A DNA stretch of 64,000 nucleotides from NCBI GenBank assembly GCA_951406725.2, contig OX597819.1, positions 105,214,001 through 105,278,000 of the forward strand, in the 5' to 3' direction. Position numbers and translations under genes: made by a program. Source of the DNA: Octopus vulgaris. Taxonomy: Eukaryota. Position 1 is the stretch's first letter. Each line of letters opens with the position of its first letter. Positions 1 to 12,063 of the stretch are shown here, one piece after another. The notes below the pieces were generated by a model. That model was not told where the DNA came from. It searched no databases and worked only from the letters and a program-made list of their open reading frames with translations.

Positions 1-362
1 AACATCGGAGTCTGTATCCTTGACATAATTACAGTATAGTTCATATTATCCATGGGCATCTGGTTGATCATCGTCATTGATTCATTTCATCAGGCATTAG
101 ACACTGCATTAGTAGATGAATCACAGAGGGGTGTTTATCCCTTCTTGCCAGTATGAAGGCCAATCTAGCTATGGGAGTATTTCTGTGTGTACTTGGTAGG
201 GGGAGGTAGGTGATGCTGGTAGAGAAAGGAATGGTAGTGATATGGGGATGGAGGTGTGTGTGTGGTGGTGTTGGATTTATTTGCTATTCATTCTGCAGAT
301 TTTAAGGATGATCATTCATTCAGCAGATTTAAGAATGGTAGTACATTTCTTTGTTCTATTTC

Positions 363-800
363 ATTCTTTTCTACTCTAGGCACAAGGCGCGAAATTTTTG
401 CAATTGGGGCCAGTCGATTACATCGACCCCAGTACGCAACTGGTACTTAATTTATCGACCCTGAAAGGATGAAAGGCAAAGTTGACCTTGGCAGAATTTG
501 AACTCAGAACGTAAAGAGCGGCAAGTGGGCAGAAACGTTAGCACGCTGGGTGAAATGCGTAGCCGTATTTCGTCTGCCGTTACGTTCTGAGTTCAAATTC
601 CGCTGAGGTCGACTTTGCCTTTCATCCTTTCGGGGTGGATAAATTAAGTACCAGTTACGCACTGGGGTCGATGTAATCGACTTGATCCGTATGTTTGTCC
701 TTGTTTGTCTTCTCTGTGTGTAGCCCCTTGTGGGCAGTAAAGAAATAAGGACATAAAGAGAGATGAAATACTGCTAAGCATTTCTGCCAGCTCGCAGCCT
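363..800 (-). mobile_element. tRNA-headed SINE (family A), interrupted by a second copy of the same family
   Basis: Body ggcacaagg...ctggtacttaatttatcgacc...aaaggcaaagt...gaatttgaactcagaac at 363-518 resumes with the head portion at about 761-800. Confidence 0.8.
519..750 (+). mobile_element. tRNA-headed SINE (family A), nested in the opposite orientation
   Basis: A-box-like gggcagaaacgttag, B box gagttcaaattcc, core gcctttcatcctttcggggt..ataaattaagtaccag (resembles the Meta/MESC SINE core, from memory); TSD acgtaaagag 509-518 / acataaagag 751-760. Confidence 0.85.
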
Positions 801-1252
801 TTGTTCTATTTCATTCATAAGGTGACTCTCCTCGATAAATTCTGAACCCAACAGGTGGTCAGCTACTATACATTGGAATTTGTTGACAGAATTGATTAAC
901 ACTACCTTCTTATGGTGACTTTACCCCTTTTTGTTGTTATAGTGTGTATCATTTTAAACATTGGTATGTTCTTTTATTTGTTTGGGTTCCTTCACTGTTC
1001 TATAATTTGTTACTTCCTTTCAAAATATCTTTTTCAAATTCCATGAATGATATGCAGTATCACATAATGAAATGAATCAATGATGATGATCAACCAGGTG
1101 CCCACAGATACTATGAACTATACTGTAATCATCCCAAATATATAGACTCTGATGTTAAAGTCATGTGACTTGTGGAAACGCACATAGCAATGTATTAAAT
1201 TTTTATAAATTCTATCCTTAAATTGTTGCTGCTGCTGCTGCTGTTGTTGTTG

Positions 1253-1284
<32 letters not shown>

Positions 1285-1442
1285 AATATACACACACATA
1301 CACACAAGACTTCTTTCAGTTTTTGTCTACCAAATCCACTCACAAGGCCTTGGTTTTAAATTTATGGCAAGGGTACCTAGATTTATAGAAAAATTAGTTT
1401 GAGGTATATTTTGACATGATCCTGCAAAAATGTATGGTTAAA

Positions 1443-1665
1443 CCCTTTAGCATTCAGATTATTTGGTCAAATATAATCCGTTTTTTATTCACATTCTAAA
1501 AAATTAATCCTGCATTAGCTTCTAGCTTCAAGATTTCAAAGATGTGGTTGTTCATCTTTTAGCATGATATTGCAGGGTAGGTGTGAGAGGTCAGATCTGA
1601 CCAGTTTGAACATAAAACAGGTAGAATATTTGGGCCTAATATGGCCACTTTGAATGCTAAAAAAG
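1443..1665. mobile_element. TTAA-type (piggyBac-like) MITE
   Basis: Termini ccctttagcattca ... tgaatgctaaaaaag, flanked by ttaa(a)/ttaa. Confidence 0.65.
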
Positions 1666-3229
1666 TTAAGAGCTGGAAGTCCTTTCTAACACAGAAGCTA
1701 GGTGAGTTTCTGACCCAAACTAAAATTTCTCATACAAAATGGATGTTAGAGACTCCAATTTTCTATCAAGCTCCTACTACAATTGCTCTTGTATTTATGC
1801 ACTTCTAATCTATATGATTAAACAGCATATGCTGTCACCTCAGCTGAATTCCTATGCTTAAAAGTGTTCCAACCATGATTACCCTAAGGGCATCCAGCCG
1901 TAGAAACATTGCCAGATCAGACTGGGCCTGGTGCAGCCTTCTGGCTTCCCAGACCCCAGTTGAAACCATCCAACCTATGCCAGCATGGAAAGTGGACGCT
2001 AAACGATGATGATGATGATTTATCTCTGACTCCATTACACAATAAGTCCTGTTTTAAAGATCGTAAAATGTGATTTGAGATTGATTTAATTGCTATTTCT
2101 AGTGAATCAAGTAACAGTAAAGAGGTTGACCCAGGGAAAAAATATAGTTAACACATATTCATTTTGGAACACATGACTTTCCTGGAGAACTCCAAGTTCC
2201 CTAGGTAATGGTTCTTGGAACTTGGTTTTTGCTGGTTTACTCTTGGAATACACTTTTAGCCATCTGGTAATACCCCTTGGTGGTATTATCTTTAGTGTCT
2301 ATTGCCACAATAACTATCCTGTGGGTTGGTTTTATCTTGTTAAATCCAGCTGCAGTGAATGTTGGGAGTTGCAAGAGTGCTGAAGTTGTAGTGTTGAGGC
2401 TTAAATACATGCTGATTGTCTTTAAGAGTTAGATGTAAATTAATTGTGGGTGGAAGGCACCTTACTAGAACATTTACAATTGCAGTGTGAAATGATACTG
2501 ACCTATATAATGATGAGTCAGATTCGACCTTGCCAAGCTTTCGAAGAAAAATGATAGTTGAAGTTTTTCAGATTACTAGGGTTTAACAAGACCATACTAA
2601 GGGCTTACACATAGGTATCAGCTCCATGTTATTAAACTTGTCATAATTCTTCAAATAAAGTATAGATAAACTATTTGATCACCTCTCTTTTTCTGTTTTA
2701 TGATATCCATGCTTCCTATCTTTTAGATTAGTTGTGAAGTCCAATCTGGTGCTGTGCAGTATAGTATAATACAGTGGAGAGGAATTTTCTATATTAATAT
2801 AGATGGTGTTTTGGAAAGTGGCAAACTGGCAGAACCATTAGCACATCAGGCAAAATGCTTAGTGGCATTTTGTCTATCTTTATGTTCTGAGTTCAAATTC
2901 CACTGATATAGACTTCACCTTTTATCCTTTCGGTGTCAGTGAAATAAGTAACATTTGAGTATTAAGCTCTATTGACTTACTTCTTCCCCCAGAATTGCTG
3001 GTCTTGTGCCAAAGTTTGAAATCAATATAGATGGAGTTGGGTTTGATAGGCACTGTTTAGAGGTTTTCTCTGATCAGTTCTCTTTACGGTTTGGCCTTGA
3101 TAAAAGCTGTTAACTCTGATAGGGGATTTTTGAGGGGTTACTGTTGATAGGTGTTTGGAGGTTTAGTTCTGAAAGCTGTTGTAAAAAGCTTAGTTACCAG
3201 AGATGGTGTTGTTCTTGATCAGCCGACTT

Positions 3230-3441
3230 GTTTTTGATCAACCCTGATTGGCTGACTGAATAGACCTATGATTAAAGGCATTCCAGTTATGACCTACCCA
3301 TCTTTTACTCAAGCATAGTGTATCTAGGGCTATTTTATCCAGCGCACCCATTTGTTTTTCTTTGAAGACTGTAGGGTATGATTTTGGGAAGATTTAGCTG
3401 TTATTTCTAGTAGGTTGAGCAGCCTTGTAAAGGTTTCCCCA
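3230..3441 (+). repeat. Abundant dispersed repeat (family D), representative copy
   Basis: Motifs gacctatgat.aaaggcattccag..atgacc and agatttagctg.tatttctag recur at about 4650, 7740, 10290, 11200, 21700, 22230, 35590, 46560-47600, 49830 and 58380. Confidence 0.7.
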
Positions 3442-4754
3442 TACATGCTGTTCAGAGATTATCTGAATTAAGTTATGTTCAGGAGCAAGAGATATCTTCT
3501 TTCTTTGATTTTACATTTTATAGGGTGTGATTGTGTTGATGAAACAAATCTTGTTGAACAGCTCTTTCCATGTTATTCAATGTTTATTTAATAACACAGA
3601 CATAAAAGAATGAAAAAAATGTTTACTTGCACAGAGAATCTATCTTTGGAATTTCTCTGCAGGAAATTATTCCTTCCTGTTTTACATCTTACTATCGGCA
3701 ATGACATTTACTCATAAATGTACATTGTGCTTCTTTTTATTTTCACATCAGTATACATTTTACTCCACACTTGTAATGTATATGCTGGTGTGTATGTTAA
3801 CTATGTGTCCATTCATGTAAAGATTTAGATGTGTTGTTGCTGCATTCAGAAATTCCTTTTATTCAACATCTTTTGCAAATCTCCTGACAGACAAGAATTG
3901 TGGGTAATAAACTGCTTAGAAAAACTACAATCTTGATGTTGTATGAAGATATAGATAACTGTTTATAATAGAGACATTTCCAATGAAAGTTAGCTGGAAA
4001 ATTCTATTTATTTTTATTGTTATTGTTTCAGAATTCTTTTTTCTTATTTTATATTTTCTAAAGCTTTATATTCATATTCTTCTTGATCTTTTTAATAATG
4101 TTCTTTCAAAATTTTTATCATTTCTTACCATGGATTATCAACTTTGTTCTTGTTTTCCATCACTAACTGATTTATGCAATTACTTAATTTATTTATTTAT
4201 TTTAATTTTTTTTTTTTCACTCCCTGAAATGGTAACATCTTGAAGCCAAGTAATTCTATATAATGGGATAAAATAAAAGAAGCAACTTATGTAGTGGTGG
4301 CAGTAGTAGCAGTACTAGTGTTGGCGGCAGTGGCTGTTTGATATCGCAGTCTACCAGAGTATGGTAGTATCTACTTACACACCTATTAATGTCTTGCTGA
4401 TCTTAGCTTGTCTGGCAAGTGAGGTTGTGTATAACTTTATTGTTTTATATGTTAGATTTCTTAAAGTTTCACATACTAAAATACTACAAGTACTAGTCTA
4501 CTCTCACATTCCCACTCCTTTCAACTAGCAAACTGTTTTCCACTACATCTACTACTTAACAACTCTTCACCTTTCATCACCCTTGTTGTCTCCCCTACAA
4601 ATCTGGCTGCAACTCCCTCAATTCTGTGTCTGCTTATGTTGTTGTTTTTGTTGATTAACCCCATATCAGCCACAATCAAGCAGATACATGATCAAAAGGT
4701 CTTTCAGCCATGACCATCTTATTTTTTTAAGGGGAAGCTAGGAATATATTAGAT

Positions 4755-5533
4755 CAATGGTTCTTAACTGGGGTCCATATGACCCTTCGGGGTTCATTTA
4801 TGATTTTGCTGTTAAAATTTATCTGCAATAAATTGCTTATGCTTCTACAATACACAAAATATCTTAACCCTTTTTCTTTTTATACAATTACATCAAAAAT
4901 CAATGGAAATTGTAGTTGTGATCCCTGTGCTGGTGGCACGTAAAAATCACCATCTGAATGTGGCCGATGCCAGTGCCGCCTTGACTGGCTTCCGTGCCGG
5001 TGGCACATAAAAAACACCATCTGATTGTGGCCATTGCCAGCCTCGCCTGGCACCTGTGCCGGTGGCACATAAAAAACACCCACTACACTCACAGAGTGGT
5101 TGGCGTTAGGAAGGGCATCCAGCTGTAGAAACCCTGCCAGATCAGATTGGAGCCTGGTGCAGCCTTCTGGCTTCCCAGACTCCGGTTGAACCGTCCAACC
5201 CATGCTAGCATGGAAAATGGATGTTAAATGATGATGATGATGATGACAATTACATGCCGGTAGCATGTAAAAAGCACCCAGCACACTCTGTAAAGTGGTT
5301 GGCATTAGGAAGGGCATCCAGCCATAGAAACCATGCCACAACAGACAGTTGGAGTCTGGACAGCACTCGACTAGTCAGCTCCATTTCAAACTGTCCAACC
5401 CATGTCCACATGAAAAGTGGACATTAAACAATAATGATAAGATCTTTTTTTTAAACTGTGAATGACTAGTTGGGTCCTTCTGAGTAAAATAAGTTTCAAA
5501 GGGGCCCCTTGGTAAAAAATGGTTGAGAAACAC
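4755..5533. mobile_element. hAT-type MITE carrying two nested family C inserts
   Basis: Termini caatggttcttaac ... gttgagaaacac; 8-bp TSD tattagat at 4747-4754 and 5534-5541. Confidence 0.7.
4925..5245 (+). mobile_element. (GAT)n-tailed retroposon (family C; RTE 3'-end-derived) with internal subrepeats of about 60-67 bp
   Basis: Three gtgccggtggcac.taaaaa.cacc units, then tggttggcgttaggaagggcatccagctgtagaaa, palindrome ccatgctagcatgg and a (gat)n tail. Confidence 0.8.
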
Positions 5534-5635
5534 TATTAGATGATATGACAGTTTTTCACTCATATTGCAGAATAGCAGGGTGGACTGTCCTGTTGGAACA
5601 TAGTGTAATTAATCATAGGTATAGGTAACTTCTTT

Positions 5636-5796
5636 AGTATATGAAGGGAAATACCTTGAGATATTATTCAAATACTAACTATTCCATTGTAGTATATGAA
5701 GGGAAATACCTTGCAATATTATCCAAGTACCAACTATTCCACTGCAGTCTATGAAGGGAAATACCTTGCAATATTATTCAAATACCAACTCTTCCA
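5636..5796. repeat. 55-bp tandem repeat, about 3 copies
   Basis: agt.tatgaagggaaataccttg starts at 5636, 5691 and 5746. Confidence 0.9.
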
Positions 5797-7079
5797 TATC
5801 ATGATGGATGGATATATTCGGAAATGTTTGACTCTTGCAAGTGTACACCTGAGATTGTATAAGATTAATGAACAATAAATAAATAAAGTATTAGATGCAA
5901 CACTAAATGTGATTTGAAGCCTGTTCTCCAGGGTCCAATTATTTTTGTGCTCCTTGCAAAATTGTGGATGATCCAGGATGCTTTTTTTTTTATTGCCTGA
6001 CCTCTTGCAACTTTTCTGAAGTGTTGCTGCATTTGGTGTCTTATTATTTGAGTGTTACATTTTACTGTTAGTTGCAACCGAGTTTGTATGACACTGCTAG
6101 ATATAAATGGAGATACAACACTGTGACAATGAATCATATGATCAGTTTGGAAAGCTGTGGCATGAGGTTTGTCTGATCTGTCAAGTGATTTATATTAAAT
6201 TGTCTCGTGAAATCAATAAAAAGCTTATTGGATAGCACCAGCAGACATTTAACTGAGTTGATATTTCCAGAATGTGAATCCATTGCCATACAAACCAACA
6301 AGCTAAGCCCCCCCCTTTTTTCCAGTTGACAATTCCATAACTTTATAAAATATTGATGTACCCTGCAGTATCTTAAATGTCAAATAAAAGATGAAATTAT
6401 AAAATATTTGATTTATTCATATGTCATGTTACATAACTATAAATGGCAATTGGCAAAGTCATTACAGCATCAGATAGATTATTTTCTGGTAATCATTCTG
6501 GCTCCCTGCACTCTGAGTTCAAATCCAGCAGAAGTTAAAGTTTATCTTTCATCCTTCCAAGGCCAATAAATAAAATACCAATTTTGTACTGGAGTTGATT
6601 CTTTCCTTTCTGTCATTCCTTCTTGTGGAATTTCTTCCAGAAATTGTAATTGGAAAAGGATGGACTCCACCAATTTTAAAAGTGCTAAAAAATCCTAGAT
6701 GTCACAATGATACTCTTATAATTCCATCAAGGAGTTGAGGTCTCAAGGCAAGGCAATACATAGCAAGTAATTAGTTTCTTAGGAAAATATATTTCTCTTT
6801 GTATTCAGATTTTTCACCATGGCTAATATACAATATAGGTGCAAGTGTGGTTGTGTGGTAAGAAGCATGCTTCCTATCCACATGTTTCCCAGTTCAGTCT
6901 CACTGCATGGCAACTTGGCAAGTATCTTCAACCATAGCTTCAGGCTCACCTTGTGAGTGAGTTTAGGGATTTGGTGAATGGAATATTAATAGTCATAATT
7001 TTATGAAAGTCATTAATGGAATAAGTAAAAGCTACTACATCAAAGAACTGAGCCTTGATTTATCAATTTTTTTCTTTCT

Positions 7080-7341
7080 TTGGCCCCCATGCCAGTAGTA
7101 CGTAAAAAGCACCATCCGATCATGGCCGTTTGCCAGCCTCGTCTGGCACCTGTGTCGGTGGCACGTAAAAAAGCACCCACTACACACACGGAGTGGTTGG
7201 CGTTAGGAAGAGCATCCAGCTGTAGAAACACTGCCAGATCAGACTGGGCCTGGCGCAGCCTCCTGGCTTCCCAGACCCCAGTTGAACCATCCAACCCATG
7301 CTAGCATGGAAAACGGACGTCAAACGATGATGATGATGATA
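7080..7341 (+). mobile_element. Family C (GAT)n-tailed retroposon
   Basis: Same body, ccatgctagcatgg palindrome and gat tail as 4925-5245; further copies at about 1884, 26160, 26637, 32621, 34655, 41410 and 50375. Confidence 0.8.
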
Positions 7342-8577
7342 TGGGATACTTTTTTTCAGGTACTCCCAAACTGGTCACATTGATGTTAGTAGCAACTGAG
7401 TTTGTATGACACTGCTACTAATTCTAGAAAGTTGCATTTTTGAGGAGAACTAGACAAGCAGTTTTGTTGAAACTTTGAGGCTTAAGAGAATGAGAGCAAA
7501 TTGTATTAAGTGGTATGTGTAGCAGCAGTGGTTCACAAGATTGCTATTTCAGAAGTCAGGAGTCATTACAGTCATAGAAGGATAGACAGAATGAGGGATG
7601 ACAGAAAATTGGTGAACTAACATAACAACATGTTGGGTTTCAATTGGATGCCTCCCCCCAATTTGGAATCCAGTGTGCAGTCTGGAATGTGTTTGTGTAA
7701 CAGGTGTTCTATCCAAGATATGCAACTAGCAGTCTAATGTTTTGTTTAGCACCAGGTCATCTCTGATAGAGTATTACAGCCTGGACAATCCCATCTTGTT
7801 TGCAATTATATACCCAGAGTTACATTTTTCCAATGTCTTTCTTTTTTAAGATAGTAAGTCTCAGTGTGAATGGAATTTGTCTGCTATTTCTAGCAACCTG
7901 TGTGGCTATCTTGAGGTTCTCTCTTAGTCTGCTAATGTTTGGATTGAAGTAATTTTTGACTCTGAATAAAAAGAGAGCATTTGGGAGGTAGCTTTGAGAT
8001 ATAGTTTGATGTTATTTCAAGTAAAGAAAAATACCCCAAAACTCTAGAATCTGGGGAAACTAGTGATGGGTCTGTCTGTCTGTAGTGATAAGAACAAAAG
8101 AAAAAGTCAAAATTTGTAAAAGCCGCTAAGTTGATGCCGTGAGAAACAAGTTCTCATGTTTCATGCAGCTCCCCTACCACCACCACCAGCAACTCCTCCC
8201 ACCAGCTTGGAAGAACTGAATAACAAGTGTGTGTTAGATGATAGGCAGGTATGTAAGATCTTCAGAAATGGTAACTGAAGAGATTTTAGTTTTCTTCTGC
8301 TGCACTGTAGTAGACGTGTGAGGGCGGAGACTAGGCAGTGCTGTGTTTGTGTTTTCTTGATATGTATAGTGACTGTGTCATGCTGGATGGGATGAAGTTA
8401 TCATGTTCTCATTGCAGAACAATGTTCTCAAGGTCTCTCTGTGTACGAGATGTAAAGCATATTTGGCGGGAAGTGTCTAGGCTGCATGTGGATGACACTT
8501 GTGTGTGAAAGGCTTAACACTAAGTCTATGATGGCTGTCACAACCCCTTCACACACACTGTGTAAATATGTCCTATA

Positions 8578-8985
8578 TACTCTTTTACTCTTTTACTTGT
8601 TTCAGTCATTTGACTGTAGCCATGCTGGAGCACCGCCTTTAGTTGAGCAAATCGACCCCAGGACTTATTCTTTGTAAGCCTAGTACTTATTCTATCGGTC
8701 TCTTTTGCTGAACTGCTAAGTTACAGGCACGTAAACACACCAGCATCAAGCAATGTTGGGGGGGGGGGGGCAACCACAGACACACAAACATATACACACG
8801 CACATATATATATACATATATATGACGGGCTTCTTTCAGTTTCCATCTACCAAATCCATTCACAAGGCTTTGGTCGATCCGAGGCTATAGTAGAAGACAC
8901 TTGCCCAAGGTGCCATGCAGTGGGACTGAACCTGGAACCATGTGGTTGGTTAGCAAGCTACTTACCACACAGCCACTCCTACGCC
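8578..8985 (-). mobile_element. Full-length tRNA-headed SINE (family B) with an internal TA/TG microsatellite and (AGTAAAAG)n tail
   Basis: Minus strand ggagtggctgtgtggtaag (A box) ... ggttcagtccc (B box) ... accttgggcaagtgtcttc; near-identical copies at 33733 and 47693. Confidence 0.85.
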
Positions 8986-9152
8986 TTTCACACACAAGTG
9001 TCATTCATACGCAGCCTAGATACTTCCTGCCAAATATGCATTACATCTCTGTACACAGACAGACTTTGAGAACATTGTTCTGCAATGAGAACATGATATA
9101 TATTTCGCAATTACTTCTAAAGTTACCAAAGCATTCACAAATGGAATGTTAA

Positions 9153-9553
9153 TCTTTATATATAAGGGCTGAAGTTGTCTGTGTGTGTGTGGCAGGTTTG
9201 GTAGCCTTCAACTAACACTATCTCCTCCGAGACTCTGCGGCGCAAGTTGACCAAAATTGAGAGTATGATAGAAGAAGGCTTGCTCTTTATTCCGTAGAAG
9301 AAAAGATTCAAATCGGACCATGTTAAAACCAAAAATTATTTACATCAAAAAGGTGCTTTCTTTCTATGAAAATCCTTATTTTTTATGATTTTTTGACTGC
9401 TGTGTTGGCATTTTTCGGTGTATTTCAACCAGAAAAATGTTCACTTAAAGAGAATAACAAGCTACATAATGCAAAGTTTTTACTTTTCAAAAATTACAAT
9501 TCTAAAGGGTTAAAGAGAAAATAAACCCAAGCAACGCTGGGCTATACTGCTAG
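9153..9553 (+). mobile_element. Non-autonomous Helitron (401 bp)
   Basis: Starts a|TCtttatatataa, ends ctgCTAG|t, subterminal hairpin cccaagcaacgctggg at 9526-9541, inserted between A and T with no TSD. Confidence 0.82.
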
Positions 9554-9576
9554 TATTCTAAATATAAATTAACTGG

Positions 9577-10235
9577 GTGCAGGCATGGCTCTGTGGCAAG
9601 AAGTTTGCTTCCCAACCACATGTTTTGGGTTTGGTTCCACTGTGTGACACCTTGGGCAAATGTCATCTACTATAGCCTTGAGTTGATCAAAGCCTTGTGA
9701 GTGGATTTGGTAGATGGAAACTGGAAAAACCACATTGTGTGTGTGTGTGTGTGTGTTTGTTCCCCATCACTGCTTGACAACTAAAAAAATGTAGGTAAAG
9801 TTACCTTCTCAAGTCATATCGACTCATAAGGGCTGGTTTCCCAGTTTCATGGCATTTATATTCTCCACTTGGATGAGATGTCAATCCGTCGCAGGATTAC
9901 TCTCATTTTTGGTAGCTGAGAGGACTGGTGGGTAATGTGAAATGAAGTGTTTTGCTCAAGAACACAACGCATTGCCCAGTCCAGGAATCGAAACCACATT
10001 CCTATGATCATGAGTCCAACACCCTAACCATTAAACCACACACCTCCACACTGCCTGACAACTGGTATTGGCTTGTTTACATCTCCTGTAACTTAGTAAT
10101 TTGGCAAAAGAGACTGATAGAATAAGTACCACGCTTTAAAAAATAAGTACTGGGTTCAATTTGTTCAGCTAAACCCTTCAAGGCAGTGCCCCAGCATGGC
10201 CACCAGCCCAATGACTGAAATAAGCAAGAGATAAC
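9577..10235 (+). mobile_element. Family B SINE interrupted by a family E SINE
   Basis: Head ggcatggctctgtggcaagaag..., body resumes after 10063 and runs to gactgaaataag. Confidence 0.75.
9783..10048 (-). mobile_element. tRNA-headed SINE (family E) with a 15-bp TSD
   Basis: Minus-strand head tggaggtgtgtggtttaatggttagggtg...ggtttcgattcc; TSD cactgcttgacaact 9768-9782 / cactgcctgacaact 10049-10063; related copies near 37690 and 53490. Confidence 0.8.
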
Positions 10236-11987
10236 AGAAAGATAGTTATTATATATCATGATAGATTACAAAGTGTGTAGTCTGAATGCAGTCTGTCAGT
10301 TTGCTAGAAATAGCAACCAGATCTTTAAATTATGTTACCATTTGAAAGAGAAGAGCATGTGAGATAACTTTGTCCTACATTCTGTCATATCTGAAAAATA
10401 GATACTTGTTATGGTGTTTGGAAGGCCTTTGGCTGTGTATCTTCTGGATTGGAGTTAAACATCAACACTATTGCCAACAACATGTGTCTTCTGCTGCTAT
10501 TGTATGAAACAATTTTAAAACAATGAGTTAGTGTCTTTTACGGAGTATGTTCACGAAAATGGTAGAATGAAAGAAAGGAAGAAAGACTGACATTTAAAAC
10601 TTTCTGGAGGGTTCTCTCTCCTGTTTTTTTTTCCCCCTTCTCTCTCTGTAGTCTGACAATAAATATGCTGATTTGTAAACATTTGAATGTCACTGAAATG
10701 GTTGAAGAAGAAGAAGAGTAAAATATATTCAATAAAAAAATAAAATAAAGAACAAAAAATGTCCCAGTTTTAAAGTGAAATTAGGAGCTTGCATTGCATA
10801 CTGGGTCCCAGATACCAAATTTCAACAGCCATTTATTCCTTAACTGATAGACCTTCTGCTGTTGGTCTCCACTTAGTTTTGCTCCTTCTCTCATTTCTCT
10901 CACCCAAATATCTTTCAACATGATATATCACTGTTCCTTTGTCTGTATCTCACTTTTCATTTTCTTTTCCTTTATCTATGTATCCGTATCTTTACTTTGT
11001 CTTCTTGTTTTTTTTTTCTCTCCTTCACTTTGTCTGTGTGTTTTATTTCTCTTCCCCTCCTTTTCTCTCTCTCTCTTTCACACATACAGTAAAATATCGC
11101 TCCTATGCACACCGTCACCATCACCACACTCACCACCACCACCATCATTACTCTCACATTCATTCTCACAATTACAACTATCATCACTAACAATAACAGC
11201 AGTAATGCTAGAAATAGCAGTCAGATGTCCCATACCAGGAGAGACACTTTAGATAATGTAGTACTAGACATCCCCATAAAAGACAAGATGGTCATGGTTG
11301 GAAGGTTCTTGATTGTAGGTCTGTTCATTCAGGATAGCATAGGGCTAAATAATAACAAAAGCAACAATCATGACAATGATAATGTGCCACAGAAAGAGCC
11401 TCCACGAAGACGGGTCACTCAATATGTAGAAAAAAATGGTCAAATTTCTTACAAATCATAGCCTATTGACATAAAAGAGGAAGGATGCATTCAACTGTGT
11501 GATCCTGAATTAACCATCTCTGACCAAATGATGGGGCTATATTATTTTTCTCATTTCTCATCCTTACCAAATATTCATCCAGATCAGGTATTCAGGTATT
11601 CATTGAATTTCAGATACAAAGCTCAGCCAATCTAGGCCACCCAAGTTCATTGGTCACAGTTGACTTACCACACTAATATTGGTTATAGTTCACTTAAAAC
11701 ACTGAAGCTCTGCTTCCTGCCTCTCTTCTCATCTTTCTAGACATGTAATAAAAATTATCAAATATGAAGAGGTCACTGTAATAACATGAAAATAGGCAGA
11801 GTTGAGAGAACACAGCTTAGTTACAAGCCTAGGCATACATCAAAGTAGTTTGGCAAGTGGTAGTTAGGTAGCTTTATAAATCAATCTCTTGAGGTTAATT
11901 TGAAAATATTCAGAAAATGAAATTCTTACATTATTAGACATTCTATAATTAAAGAAGATACAAAGCACACACACATGCACACATGCA

Positions 11988-11990
<3 letters not shown>

Positions 11991-12056
<66 letters not shown>
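11991..12056. repeat. (CT)n microsatellite
   Basis: Pure tc run. Confidence 0.97.

Positions 12057-12063
<7 letters not shown>

Larger units (their letters stand above)
1..1222. repeat. Inverted-repeat-bounded element (arms 1-90 and 1067-1156), possibly a decayed Penelope-like element
   Basis: The reverse complement of 1-90 matches 1067-1156 with about 12 mismatches by manual count; a hammerhead-like remnant follows at 1149-1186. The Penelope assignment is inference. Confidence 0.55.

Noticed and set aside
4925-5080. CRISPR-like repeat-spacer appearance
   Set aside because: The linkers are homologous to each other, the array is part of a dispersed retroposon, the context is eukaryotic and there are no cas genes.
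10920-11461. Overlapping ORFs of 70-120 aa
   Set aside because: Low-complexity CT/CAC tracts plus family D repeat.
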